From positions 289,839-353,838 of the forward strand of contig CAYPAP010000001.1 in assembly GCA_964408775.1 (NCBI GenBank): a stretch of 64,000 bases of DNA. The letters are read 5' to 3'. Source of the stretch: an uncultured Gammaproteobacteria bacterium. GTDB lineage: Bacteria; Patescibacteriota; Patescibacteriia; Patescibacteriales; UBA12465. Under the pieces are notes generated by a model. That model was not told the DNA's origin, searched no databases, and worked only from the letters and a program-made list of their open reading frames with translations. Of this stretch, positions 26,358 to 35,980 are shown piece by piece (the first letter of the stretch is position 1; the number at the start of each line of letters is the position of its first letter). The translations under genes and the position numbers were made by a program.

Positions 26358-27725
26358 TTACCTAATAGTTTGCTGAATTCTGCTAGCGTACAAATTCATG
26401 ATTTCCATTATTTTATTTTCAGTATCTTGTAGGGCAGCCTCTATCATTTCAGAAAAAAAGTTCTCCATTAAGACTGGTCCCTTACCTCTATACCAACTTT
26501 TAGCTGTAAGAACCTGATCTACAAAAACCCCAATTTCCAAATCTTCTCTTTGAGATGGAACTAAAGACCTGAGAGCGGTTGGCTTCTTAGTTTTATTTAG
26601 GTAAGAAGGAACCCGTTCAGCGCTAGTCATAAACTGAATAAAATTCCAGGCCTCATTTTTGTGCTCGCTCTTTTGAGATACCACTTCAACCCAATAATTA
26701 GCAAAGTTAGTAGAAACATTAGATCCCTCTATTTGCGGTAAAGGAGCAATCATAAAATTTAATTTAGGAGCAGTGGTTTTTATTATTGGCATATGGTAAG
26801 AATAACCAAACATCATAGCCAGATTTCCAGAAGTAAACATGGTTAAAGCACTAGGAAGATCATTGTTCCAAGAATAAACCTCTTTGATAGGGTTGGCAAA
26901 ATCTGTATAAAATCTAAGAGCCATCAATCCAGGATTATAATCAGAGCTCCTAAGGCTACTGGGCACTGTATGAAACAAAACCTGACCAGCATCGTTTAAC
27001 ATGGTGGCGCCATTTTGCATCATTAATACAGATAATATATCACTATATCTCTCTATATTGGAGGTTCCTCCCATAGCAACGCCCGACTGGATAACATTCC
27101 CTTTCAGGTCTAGCTTGGTAAGCTCTTTAACGGTTTGCTGAAAATCTCTATTCCAATATCCAGGAACATCTACTATACCAGCCCTATCAAATAAATCTTG
27201 GTTATAATACATAGCGAGAGTATCAACCGACAAAGGAAGTCCATAAATTTGATTATTTATAACTACATCCGAATAAACGGCGTCTACAAAGTTTTGTTTA
27301 AGCTCCTTTAAGTTTAGACCGCGAACACTCCTGGATTCTGCCACCACTTCTTTTTTGATAGAACCTTGAACAACGGGGAAAACCATATTGGTAAATTCTG
27401 GAGCAGGAGAAATTTTGCTTTCATATTTTTTCATCCAAGTATTATGAATAGAAAAAATATCAGGACCACGATCCTCGGCAAAAGCATTTAAAAGCTCACT
27501 TTCATATTCTTCGTATCTAAGTTTTCGATAATTTATTGTTATATAGGGGTGTTGCTCATTATACATTCTAATAATTTCAGCAAAATCATCTGGCCCGTCA
27601 AAAACTCTCCAATAATTTAAAACTATTGGATCAGTAGCCTTGTCTATAGTTTTCTTTTTACACCCAGCCCCAACGGTTAACAATAAAACAAAAAGTAAAA
27701 AAACAAAAAATATTTTTTTAGACAT
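26358..27725 (-). CDS. ABC transporter extracellular solute-binding lipoprotein (sugar type)
   Basis: Lipobox LLTVGAGC. SBP family-1-like sequence. No permease gene adjacent. Confidence 0.7.
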   Translation of the reverse strand: MSKKIFFVFLLFVLLLTVGAGCKKKTIDKATDPIVLNYWRVFDGPDDFAEIIRMYNEQHPYITINYRKLRYEEYESELLNAFAEDRGPDIFSIHNTWMKKYESKISPAPEFTNMVFPVVQGSIKKEVVAESRSVRGLNLKELKQNFVDAVYSDVVINNQIYGLPLSVDTLAMYYNQDLFDRAGIVDVPGYWNRDFQQTVKELTKLDLKGNVIQSGVAMGGTSNIERYSDILSVLMMQNGATMLNDAGQVLFHTVPSSLRSSDYNPGLMALRFYTDFANPIKEVYSWNNDLPSALTMFTSGNLAMMFGYSYHMPIIKTTAPKLNFMIAPLPQIEGSNVSTNFANYWVEVVSQKSEHKNEAWNFIQFMTSAERVPSYLNKTKKPTALRSLVPSQREDLEIGVFVDQVLTAKSWYRGKGPVLMENFFSEMIEAALQDTENKIMEIMNLYASRIQQTIR

Positions 27726-27827
27726 ATAAGATTATATTAAATTTAACTACTTTTATTATAGCATTTTTCCTAAAAAAACAAAAATGGTTTAATAAGAGTA
27801 AAGTCAACAAAAATGTCCAATAAGAGA

Positions 27828-29342
27828 CTACTTATCAAATTGGGTTTTATACTGAAGGGCCTCGGCGACGTCATCAAAACTAATATTATTAGAACTGCTT
27901 AAATCAGCAATGGTTCGAGCAACTTTTAAAATCTTAAAATAAGAGCGAGCTGATAAGTTTAATTTATCGACCGCGTCTTTCAATAATCTATCAATCAATA
28001 AATCTGTCTGACAAAATTTTTTTATAAGATTAGATCCCATTTCATTATTGGTAAAAATTTTACAGCCCTTAAATCTATTTAATTGAATATCCCTGGCTAA
28101 TTCTACTCTTTTTTTTATACTTAAAGAAGACTCTTCTTCTTTAAGGCTAGCTAAATTAGAGAAGCTAACCTTAGGAACCCCCACAAAAAGGTCTATTCTG
28201 TCGCTAATGGGGCCTGATATTCTTTTTTTGTAATTTAGTAATTGACCAGGAGAGCAAATACAGGGTCTGTTGCCATCTCCTAAATAACCACAGGGACAAG
28301 GATTCATCGCGGCTACCAAAATAAACCTCGCAGGAAAAACTGCTGACCCCAGTGTTCGACAAACATTTATAAAGCCATTTTCTAGGGGTTGTCTTAAGTT
28401 TTCTAAAACAACTCTAGGAAATTCTGGTAATTCATCTAAAAAAAGAACCCCTCGATGGGCTAAAGAGATCTCGCCTGGACGAGGATAAGGCCCTCCCCCC
28501 AAAAGAGAGACCGGGGAAGAGGTGTGATGAGGAGACCTAAAAGGCCTTTGGAAAATAAGGCCCTTTCTGTTTAACTGGCCAGCCACACTATAAATTTTTG
28601 TAATATCCAAAGATTCATCTAAGGTTAACCTCGGCAATATAGACACCAATGAATTTGATAAAATTGTTTTTCCGGATCCCGGAGGCCCAAATAATAAGAG
28701 ATTATGCCCTCCGGCAGCAGATATTTCTAGCGCTCTTTTGGCCTGAGACTGACCCCTTATATTTTTCATATCGAATTCACTGTCCTGAGAAGAAAAATCA
28801 ATTTTCATCTGCTTTTGCTCTATTATTTCATCTTTTTTTAATAAATGAAAAAACAATTCTTTTAAATTTTTCACTGGAAAAATTTTAAGACCCCCAGCCA
28901 AGCTAGCTTCTACAGAATTTTGACTAGACAAATAAACCCTTTCTATCTTTTCTTTTTTTAAATAAGAAACCATGGCCAGGACTCCGTTTATAGGACGCAA
29001 ATCTCCGTTTAATGCCAGCTCTCCCAAAAAAGCAGATTTCTTAAAATCTTCCTTTAAATTATAACGGATGGACAATATGCTAATAGCTATAGGAAGATCA
29101 TAACTAGGTCCTTGTTTTTTGAAATCAGCCGGAGCTAAGTTGACTACTACTTTTCGTTTTGGAAAACTAGCCCCAATACTATTAATAGCGCTACGCACTC
29201 TTTCCTTGGATTCTGAGATAGCCTTGTCCGGCAAGCCAACTATAGAAAATTTTCCCAACTCACCACCCCCGACATCAGCCTCGACTTCTACCAACTGAGC
29301 CTTCAAACCCAGCAGCCCAGCCGATAATATTTTTTCTGGCAT
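27828..29342 (-). CDS. YifB/ComM family Mg-chelatase-like ATPase
   Basis: Lon-like N-terminal domain, Walker A LLFGPPGSGKT, and the CxCG..G....C.C zinc region typical of ComM/YifB. Confidence 0.85.
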   Translation of the reverse strand: MPEKILSAGLLGLKAQLVEVEADVGGGELGKFSIVGLPDKAISESKERVRSAINSIGASFPKRKVVVNLAPADFKKQGPSYDLPIAISILSIRYNLKEDFKKSAFLGELALNGDLRPINGVLAMVSYLKKEKIERVYLSSQNSVEASLAGGLKIFPVKNLKELFFHLLKKDEIIEQKQMKIDFSSQDSEFDMKNIRGQSQAKRALEISAAGGHNLLLFGPPGSGKTILSNSLVSILPRLTLDESLDITKIYSVAGQLNRKGLIFQRPFRSPHHTSSPVSLLGGGPYPRPGEISLAHRGVLFLDELPEFPRVVLENLRQPLENGFINVCRTLGSAVFPARFILVAAMNPCPCGYLGDGNRPCICSPGQLLNYKKRISGPISDRIDLFVGVPKVSFSNLASLKEEESSLSIKKRVELARDIQLNRFKGCKIFTNNEMGSNLIKKFCQTDLLIDRLLKDAVDKLNLSARSYFKILKVARTIADLSSSNNISFDDVAEALQYKTQFDK

Positions 29343-29488
29343 ATTGTTTATGAAATAAATTTTTAATTAGCGTTATTATAAAAAATATACGATGACTTTT
29401 TCATAAAATAAACCTAAATAATAAATAAAAGAACCCGAATATTCGAGTTCTTTTGTTTATATATTATAATTATTTAATTTAAAAAAAA

Positions 29489-32400
29489 TTATTGGTTAGT
29501 AATTTCATCCTCCAGCTTAACACTCAGCAATTTACTAATTCCATCATTTTGCATAGTGACACCATATAAAATATTAGCCTTTTTCATTGTGGCTCTGTTG
29601 TGTGAAACAACTATAAACTGAGTCTTATTGGACAAATCATCCAAAATTTTAGCCAATCTCTCGGAGTTAGATTCGTCTAAAGAAGCATCAACCTCATCTA
29701 AAACCACAAAGGGAGACGGGTTGGCGCTAATAATAGCACAAATTAAGGCAATCGCCGTTAAAGCTCTTTCTCCTCCGGAGAGCATATTGACCGAGGATAT
29801 TTTTTTACCGGGAGGAGTGGCTGAAATATCAATTCCAGAAAAACCAATGGCATTGTGCTTCTTTAGATGTTTAATAAGTTTAATATTTTTAGATGATTGA
29901 GAGTCTTTATTATTTACAGAATCGCTCTCTTCTCCAGCCCCCTTTAAATCTCCCTCTGTTCCGTCGTTTTCTTTAATCGGAAATATCTTGGCATTACCTC
30001 CATTAAATAAAATTTTAAAGTATTCATTAAATTTTTCTGAAATAATTTTAAATTCTACATCAAATCTGTCCTTAATCACAGTGTCTAGCTCAATTATTAC
30101 TTTTTCTAAAGATTTTATTGTTCTGTTTAAATCCTCGGTTTGCTCAAACAAAAAATCATATCTTTTTTGAGTCTCCTCATATTCTTTTTCTGCCTCGGGG
30201 TCTATTCCTCCTATTTGCTCTAATTGATTTTTTAATTTGTTAATATCTTCTTTAACCACTAATATATTAATACCTTCTTCTGGCTGATGTTTTTTTATTT
30301 TTTCTAACTCTATTTTGTCATCTAAGACATTTTTGACTAAATCTTCCAATCTAGTCTCCTCCCTAGCTATATCTATTTTATGGCCGCTAAGATCAGAATT
30401 AACCCGATTTAAAGTGTTTTCGGTTTCATTTATACTTCTTTGAAGCTCAAGCAAGTCCTTTTTCTTTTTTTCTTGGTCTTTATTAAAATTATCAATTTTC
30501 TCTTTCAGCACAAACAATTCCTCCTCGGACTCCTTTGAATATGAGTCTAAAAATTTTAATTCTAAGTCAAAGAAGTTGTCTTTTTCTATATTTTCGGAAG
30601 GAGAAAAAACGTTTTCTTTAATTTCCTCTAATAAATCCTCTTGCCTTGACTGAAGTCTGAATCCGTCTGCCTTTATTAAGCTTATTTTATTATTTATTTC
30701 ACTTAATCTGTTTTGCTCTTTCTGCAGAGCTTCTTGGTGCTGAGATCTTTTATTGTGCCAATCATCTTTTTCCTTAACCCAAGAATCTTTTTTCTGTTTT
30801 AAATCTCTAATTTTTAATAAAACCTTATTAGTCTCTTCTTCTAGTTCACTTTTTATTTTTTCATTCTCGTCCCAATCACTATCCTTCTCATTCAGCTTAA
30901 TTTTATCAATTAGATCAATCAACTCTTTTTTTATTTTTTGCAAATCTCTTTCTGTTCTTTCTTTATCAGACCTAGCGTCCCTATGTCCTGTTTGTACCTC
31001 ATAGACCCTGGAGGCCAACTTTTCTTTTTCTAATTTTAAATCCGAAATTTTATTATTTATTCTATCAATTTTATAAGTATAATTCTCTCCTGAAGAAAAA
31101 TTTAAAAGCTCTTTGATTGTTTTTTTTATATCCTGAAAAATTTTACCTACAAAAGAAACGTCATCTAAATCTTTAACTGACTCTATTTTTTCCGCCAAGT
31201 TTTTTAGATCTTTTTGAATTTTCTTAATATTAGAGGGGCTTTCCTCTGTATTTATCCGACTAAGTTCTCTCTCGGCCTCCCTAATCCTTAAGTCCAACTC
31301 TTCTAACACCCCTTGAATCTTGTCTTTTTCATTTAAAAGGCTGTTCTCTTTTTCTCCTAATTTTTTCAATAATATCTCTAAGTCTTTTTCTTCTTTTTTT
31401 AAAGAAGACTGGCGGTTTAATAAAAAAGACAAGTCAAACTTTCCTTGTTTTTCTAGTTTAATCTCCATCCAAGCCTCTATTTTTAATAATTCTTTATTTT
31501 TTTCAGATAACTCTTTCTCTAAAACAGCCATTTCTTCTTCGACTTTTTCTAATTCTGCTTTTTTGGAGAACTCATCTTCTGTTTTCTTAAGAGCTTCTGA
31601 ATTTTTCTGAATGCTATTTTCTACTTCGTTTTTTTCTTGAATTAATAATTTTAAATCCTCGTTATCAGAATTTTTATTTTTTTTATCTAAAGTTATCCAC
31701 AGATCTATCCTTTCGGCTTGTTTTTGTAAGCGGTCTTTTTCTGATTGTAAAAAAAGAAATCTTTTTTGTAATTCATAAAATTCCTCCCCAATTGTTTCGG
31801 CTTGGTTAAAAAAATTCATCTTTTTCTTGCTCTCGTTAAGAGAGTCTTCTAACTCTACTTTCTTTTTTTCAGACTCTAATATCACCTGACTAATTTCATT
31901 TATTTTTTTATTAAGCTCTAGCCATAGATGGCCATAATAATTTAATTGGTTCTTGGACAGATCCTCTTCAAGAGCCTGCCTTTTTCTTAGCTTACCAACC
32001 TGACGCGTAAGACTTTTAAGGCGTGGCTCTATTTCATTTAATAACATCTCCACTTTTGCTAGGTTTTCCTGGCTATTTTCTAATTTATTTAAAGAGATGT
32101 CTCTTTTTATTTGATACTGTTTTACCCCGGTGGCCTCATCAAAAAAAGACTTGCGTTCGGCTGGGCTAGTATTTAAAAAATTTTCAACCATCCCCTGACC
32201 AATAACACTATATGTTTTTTGCCCAAAATTTGCCTTAGCTAAAAACATTTGGATGTCGCTTAAACGAACCTTACTGTTATTAATTAAATATTCGCTATTG
32301 CCATCACGAAAAACTCTTCTGGTTAAAACAATTTCTGGCAAAAATAAAAGGGCATCGATATTGTCGCCCTCACCCCCACCTTTAATAGTGTCTTCGTTTT

Positions 32401-32713
32401 CCCCAGTTGTTTTTTTAAATAAATTATTATTCTCATTATTTAAAAACAAAGAAACCTCTGCCATGTTAAGACGGTTCCTTTTGTCAGATCCAGAAAAAAT
32501 AACATCTTCGCTTTTTTTACTACGAAGAAGTTTGGTGCTTTGCTCGCCCAAGACCCACCTAATAGAATCGGCTATGTTAGACTTCCCCGAACCGTTAGGG
32601 CCAACAACCACTGTTATTCCTTTTTTTTGGTCTGACAAAATTCCAGAAAATATTAATTTGTTTTTATTAGCAAAAGACTTGAATCCCTGAATTTCCAGTT
32701 TTTCTAAATACAT
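29489..32713 (-). CDS. smc: chromosome segregation protein SMC
   Basis: 1074 aa. Walker A GPNGSGKSN, long coiled coils, signature LSGGERALTAIAL, Walker B VLDEVDASLD. Confidence 0.92.
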   Translation of the reverse strand: MYLEKLEIQGFKSFANKNKLIFSGILSDQKKGITVVVGPNGSGKSNIADSIRWVLGEQSTKLLRSKKSEDVIFSGSDKRNRLNMAEVSLFLNNENNNLFKKTTGENEDTIKGGGEGDNIDALLFLPEIVLTRRVFRDGNSEYLINNSKVRLSDIQMFLAKANFGQKTYSVIGQGMVENFLNTSPAERKSFFDEATGVKQYQIKRDISLNKLENSQENLAKVEMLLNEIEPRLKSLTRQVGKLRKRQALEEDLSKNQLNYYGHLWLELNKKINEISQVILESEKKKVELEDSLNESKKKMNFFNQAETIGEEFYELQKRFLFLQSEKDRLQKQAERIDLWITLDKKNKNSDNEDLKLLIQEKNEVENSIQKNSEALKKTEDEFSKKAELEKVEEEMAVLEKELSEKNKELLKIEAWMEIKLEKQGKFDLSFLLNRQSSLKKEEKDLEILLKKLGEKENSLLNEKDKIQGVLEELDLRIREAERELSRINTEESPSNIKKIQKDLKNLAEKIESVKDLDDVSFVGKIFQDIKKTIKELLNFSSGENYTYKIDRINNKISDLKLEKEKLASRVYEVQTGHRDARSDKERTERDLQKIKKELIDLIDKIKLNEKDSDWDENEKIKSELEEETNKVLLKIRDLKQKKDSWVKEKDDWHNKRSQHQEALQKEQNRLSEINNKISLIKADGFRLQSRQEDLLEEIKENVFSPSENIEKDNFFDLELKFLDSYSKESEEELFVLKEKIDNFNKDQEKKKKDLLELQRSINETENTLNRVNSDLSGHKIDIAREETRLEDLVKNVLDDKIELEKIKKHQPEEGINILVVKEDINKLKNQLEQIGGIDPEAEKEYEETQKRYDFLFEQTEDLNRTIKSLEKVIIELDTVIKDRFDVEFKIISEKFNEYFKILFNGGNAKIFPIKENDGTEGDLKGAGEESDSVNNKDSQSSKNIKLIKHLKKHNAIGFSGIDISATPPGKKISSVNMLSGGERALTAIALICAIISANPSPFVVLDEVDASLDESNSERLAKILDDLSNKTQFIVVSHNRATMKKANILYGVTMQNDGISKLLSVKLEDEITNQ

Positions 32714-32890
32714 AAAATAAAAAATAAATCTTTAAAAATAAGTCCTCTTGGAAATGCTTTTATTATACAAAATATTTATTTATTAAGCAATTATAAATAA
32801 AACACCCCTATTATAAAGGGCAAAGTGAATAAAAACAAAAAACACTAGTAAATAAAATCTAGTGCTTTTTGAAGAGAAAAAGAAACCTAA

Positions 32891-33100
32891 TTATTTCTTT
32901 TTAGCTACTTTTTTCTTAGCTACTTTTTTCTTAGCTACTTTTTTCTTAGCTACTTTTTTCTTAGCTGCTGGTTTTTTGGCCACAGCCTTTTTAGTAACTT
33001 TTTTCTTAGCTACTTTCTTTTTAGCAACCGGTTTTTTAGCAACAACCTTTTTAGCTACTTTCTTTTTAGCTACTGGTTTCTTTTTTGCAACTTTTTTCAT
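32891..33100 (-). CDS. lysine/alanine-rich histone H1-like basic protein
   Basis: 69 aa of KKKVAKK-type repeats. A terminator hairpin (CACTAG/CTAGTG + T-run) lies downstream on the minus strand. The antisense FLATFF ORF is rejected. Confidence 0.6.
   Translation of the reverse strand: MKKVAKKKPVAKKKVAKKVVAKKPVAKKKVAKKKVTKKAVAKKPAAKKKVAKKKVAKKKVAKKKVAKKK
32901..32975. repeat. 15-bp tandem repeat (TTAGCTACTTTTTTC x4 plus degenerate copies) inside the K/A-rich CDS
   Basis: Read directly from the sequence. Encodes the pentapeptide periodicity. Confidence 0.85.
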
Positions 33101-33226
33101 AATAGTGAAAAGTTATTTTATTCTTAGAAATAGGAACCGACCAATTCCTATATTAAAACTTATCTAAATTATATCACAAAAAAAATAAATCAACAATAGT
33201 TTTTTGAATTTTTTTTAAAAAATAAG

Positions 33227-35971
33227 TTAAATATTTTTTTTTATTTTTTTATACTTTTTAAAATTAATAAATTTAAAAAGTTCCATAACCCAAAGAACCG
33301 AAGACGCTAGTAAAAATAAAATTATCCAATCCTTAATACCTATAGGAGAAACCCCTAGAACGTTTTGCATAAAAGGAACATAGGTTGAGGCAGTGTGAAG
33401 AAGCTGAGCCCCAAGAACTCCAAAAAGTAAAACCAAGTTTTTCCTTAAAGGCATTTTGAAAACCGATTTACTCTCAGACCGACAATTAAAGGTGTGGATG
33501 TTTTGGAACAAGACCATCAGCATTAAAATTATATTTCTGGCAACAGATTCCTCCCACCGCAAAATATCTATTAAATACCACCAAACACCAAAAACAACCA
33601 CACCCATTAACAACCCTGAAACTAAAACCTGCTGAATCATCAGCCTGTTAAATACGCCTTCTTTTGGTGAGCGAGGGGGTTTGTCCATAACGCCATTTTC
33701 TCCGGGCTCAAAGGCTAAGGAAACATCCTGAATTCCGTTGGTCACAACGTTCAACCACAGTAACTGAGCAGCAAAGAGGGGTAGAGGCATGCCTGCAAAA
33801 ATAGCTAATACAAAAATAAGTATCTCAGCTGCACCACAAGAAATAACTAAATAAACCACCTTCCTGACGTTGTTGTAGGCTAGGCGCCCTTCTTCTATCC
33901 CCTTAACTATTGATGAAAAATTATCGTCACTTACTATCATAGTAGAGGTTTCTTTGGCTACATCGGTTCCTGATCCCATAGCAACACCAATATTTGCCTG
34001 TTTCAAAGCCGGAGCATCATTAACGCCGTCTCCCGTAACCGCCACAAAATGACCCAACTGAACCAAGGCCTTTACTATTTTTAATTTTTGTAATGGAGAC
34101 ACTCCAGCAAAAACTTTTTTTTCGGAAACTAAATTTAAAAATTCTGGAGTAATTTCCACCTCAGAGGAACCCAACTTCTCCTCGGTAATAACATCATCAC
34201 TAGAATAGGCTATACCTAGTTCCTTGGCTATAAACAAAGCAGTTGCGGGATGATCTCCTGTGATCATAATAACTCCAACCCCGGCCTGCTTACACTTATC
34301 AACAGCATCCTTAGACTCTTGTCGCAAAGGATCAACAAAACAGGCCAGCGAAAGAAAGTTTAAATCTTTAATTTTGCTATCACTAAAATTTTCTGCGCTT
34401 AATTCTCCCTCAACCGGAAAATCGCCCTCGGCCACAGCCAAAACTCTGTACCCCTGAGCTGCAAAATCCACACCCTTTTCTTTTATTTTCTTTTTATCTA
34501 TTTTTGTTTTACGCCCATTAACATTAATATAGGATGAAAATTCTAATATTTTTTCAACTGAACCCTTAACAGAAACTTTAATTTTGCCGCTTGAAATATC
34601 TCTATAAATTTTGGCCGAATATCTTCTTTCAGATTCATAGGGAATTTCTAGCAAAACTTCGTGAGACGAATTTATGTCATCAATCGAAAAGCCTGTCTTG
34701 TAGGGCAGAGCTAAAAAGGCCACATCCATAGAGTCTCCGTGATGATGCCAGGATTTTTTTGAACGCCAAAGCCTACCCTCATTTGCCAGAACAACACTTT
34801 TAATTGTTTCTTCTAAAATGTTAAAATCATTTTTATCTAATTTACTTTTATTTTCAATTTCCCCCTTTCCATTATAGCCCTGGCCCGAGAAAAAGACTTC
34901 CTTCCCTGAGGATAAATAAAGAAGTTTAGCTGTTTGTTGATTAACGGTTAAGGTCCCAGTTTTATCACTTGCTATCATAGTGCAACTCCCTAAACCCTCA
35001 ACTGCAGTTAGTTTTCTAACTATAACATTCTTCTTAGACATTCTGGTGGTTGCCACGGACAGGGCAACTGTTAAAGCTATTGGCAATCCCTCGGGGATAG
35101 CTGATACTGCTAGGGCCACCACCAAGAAAAAGGCATCAAAAAAAATCATTCCCTGACTCATAGCAACGATAGCCAATAAAAAACAGCAGGCTAGAATTAT
35201 AAAAGAAATACTTTTATTAAATTTTTCCATTCTAAGAATTAAAGGCGGCTTGGTTTTTTGAGAAGAAGTAACGATGTCAGCAATTTTACCAACCTCCGTT
35301 TGTAGTCCGGTTTCGACAACTGCCCCCCAGGCTCGACCAGAAACAACGGTAGAGCCAGCAAAAACCATATTAGATCTTTTATTTACCAATGTGCCTTTCT
35401 TTAATTTAGAAATATCCTTATTAACTAATTTTGACTCACCAGTTAAAAAAGACTGGTCTATCCGTAAATTTTTGACCTCAAACAATCGAATGTCTGCTGG
35501 AACTTTATCGCCGGACTCTAAAAAAACAACATCCCCAACAACTAGATCTTCAGCACTAATGCTTTTTTCAGTCCCATGACGCCTAACATAAGCCTTTATT
35601 TTTAATAAATTTTGCAAGGCTGCTGCATTTTTTTCGGCTTTATTCTCCTGCCATGTTCCTAAAATAGAATTAAGCAAAATAACCGAAAAAATAAAAATGG
35701 CGTCCACCCACTCCTGTAAAGCCAGGGATATACCCCCCGCGATAAGCAATATATAAATCAACGGACTTAAAAATTGATGTAAAAAAATAACCGCCACACT
35801 AGGTTTTTTGTGTTCGGGTAATTTATTTAACCCAAATTCCTCTTGTCTTTTAGCACATTCAGTCGAGCTCAAACCACTCTCTGAAGAATTTAGTTTTTTA
35901 AAAACATCTTTTATTTCTAAAGAGTACCAATCAATAATATAATCACCACTGCCTTTTAGTTTTTCTTTCAT
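33227..35971 (-). CDS. cation-transporting P-type ATPase (type II, Ca2+/Mg2+-like)
   Basis: DKTGTLT phosphorylation site, TGES, GDGVNDAPALK, N-terminal cation-ATPase domain, 10 TM helices. Confidence 0.9.
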   Translation of the reverse strand: MKEKLKGSGDYIIDWYSLEIKDVFKKLNSSESGLSSTECAKRQEEFGLNKLPEHKKPSVAVIFLHQFLSPLIYILLIAGGISLALQEWVDAIFIFSVILLNSILGTWQENKAEKNAAALQNLLKIKAYVRRHGTEKSISAEDLVVGDVVFLESGDKVPADIRLFEVKNLRIDQSFLTGESKLVNKDISKLKKGTLVNKRSNMVFAGSTVVSGRAWGAVVETGLQTEVGKIADIVTSSQKTKPPLILRMEKFNKSISFIILACCFLLAIVAMSQGMIFFDAFFLVVALAVSAIPEGLPIALTVALSVATTRMSKKNVIVRKLTAVEGLGSCTMIASDKTGTLTVNQQTAKLLYLSSGKEVFFSGQGYNGKGEIENKSKLDKNDFNILEETIKSVVLANEGRLWRSKKSWHHHGDSMDVAFLALPYKTGFSIDDINSSHEVLLEIPYESERRYSAKIYRDISSGKIKVSVKGSVEKILEFSSYINVNGRKTKIDKKKIKEKGVDFAAQGYRVLAVAEGDFPVEGELSAENFSDSKIKDLNFLSLACFVDPLRQESKDAVDKCKQAGVGVIMITGDHPATALFIAKELGIAYSSDDVITEEKLGSSEVEITPEFLNLVSEKKVFAGVSPLQKLKIVKALVQLGHFVAVTGDGVNDAPALKQANIGVAMGSGTDVAKETSTMIVSDDNFSSIVKGIEEGRLAYNNVRKVVYLVISCGAAEILIFVLAIFAGMPLPLFAAQLLWLNVVTNGIQDVSLAFEPGENGVMDKPPRSPKEGVFNRLMIQQVLVSGLLMGVVVFGVWWYLIDILRWEESVARNIILMLMVLFQNIHTFNCRSESKSVFKMPLRKNLVLLFGVLGAQLLHTASTYVPFMQNVLGVSPIGIKDWIILFLLASSVLWVMELFKFINFKKYKKIKKNI

Positions 35972-35980
35972 AAAAAATTA

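Noticed and set aside
29628-32690. Multiple 60-145-aa plus-strand ORFs inside smc, and similar antisense ORFs inside ppsA, the ATPase, the PBP, dnaA, MFS and pilin genes
   Set aside because: All are antisense to long, well-supported genes and have low-complexity Ser/Phe/Leu-rich translations typical of AT-rich antisense frames.
32862-33167. Plus-strand ORF encoding FLATFFLATFF repeats
   Set aside because: It is the antisense reading of the Lys/Ala-rich repeat gene. A repetitive Phe/Leu polymer is implausible. The terminator hairpin and T-run fit the minus-strand gene.
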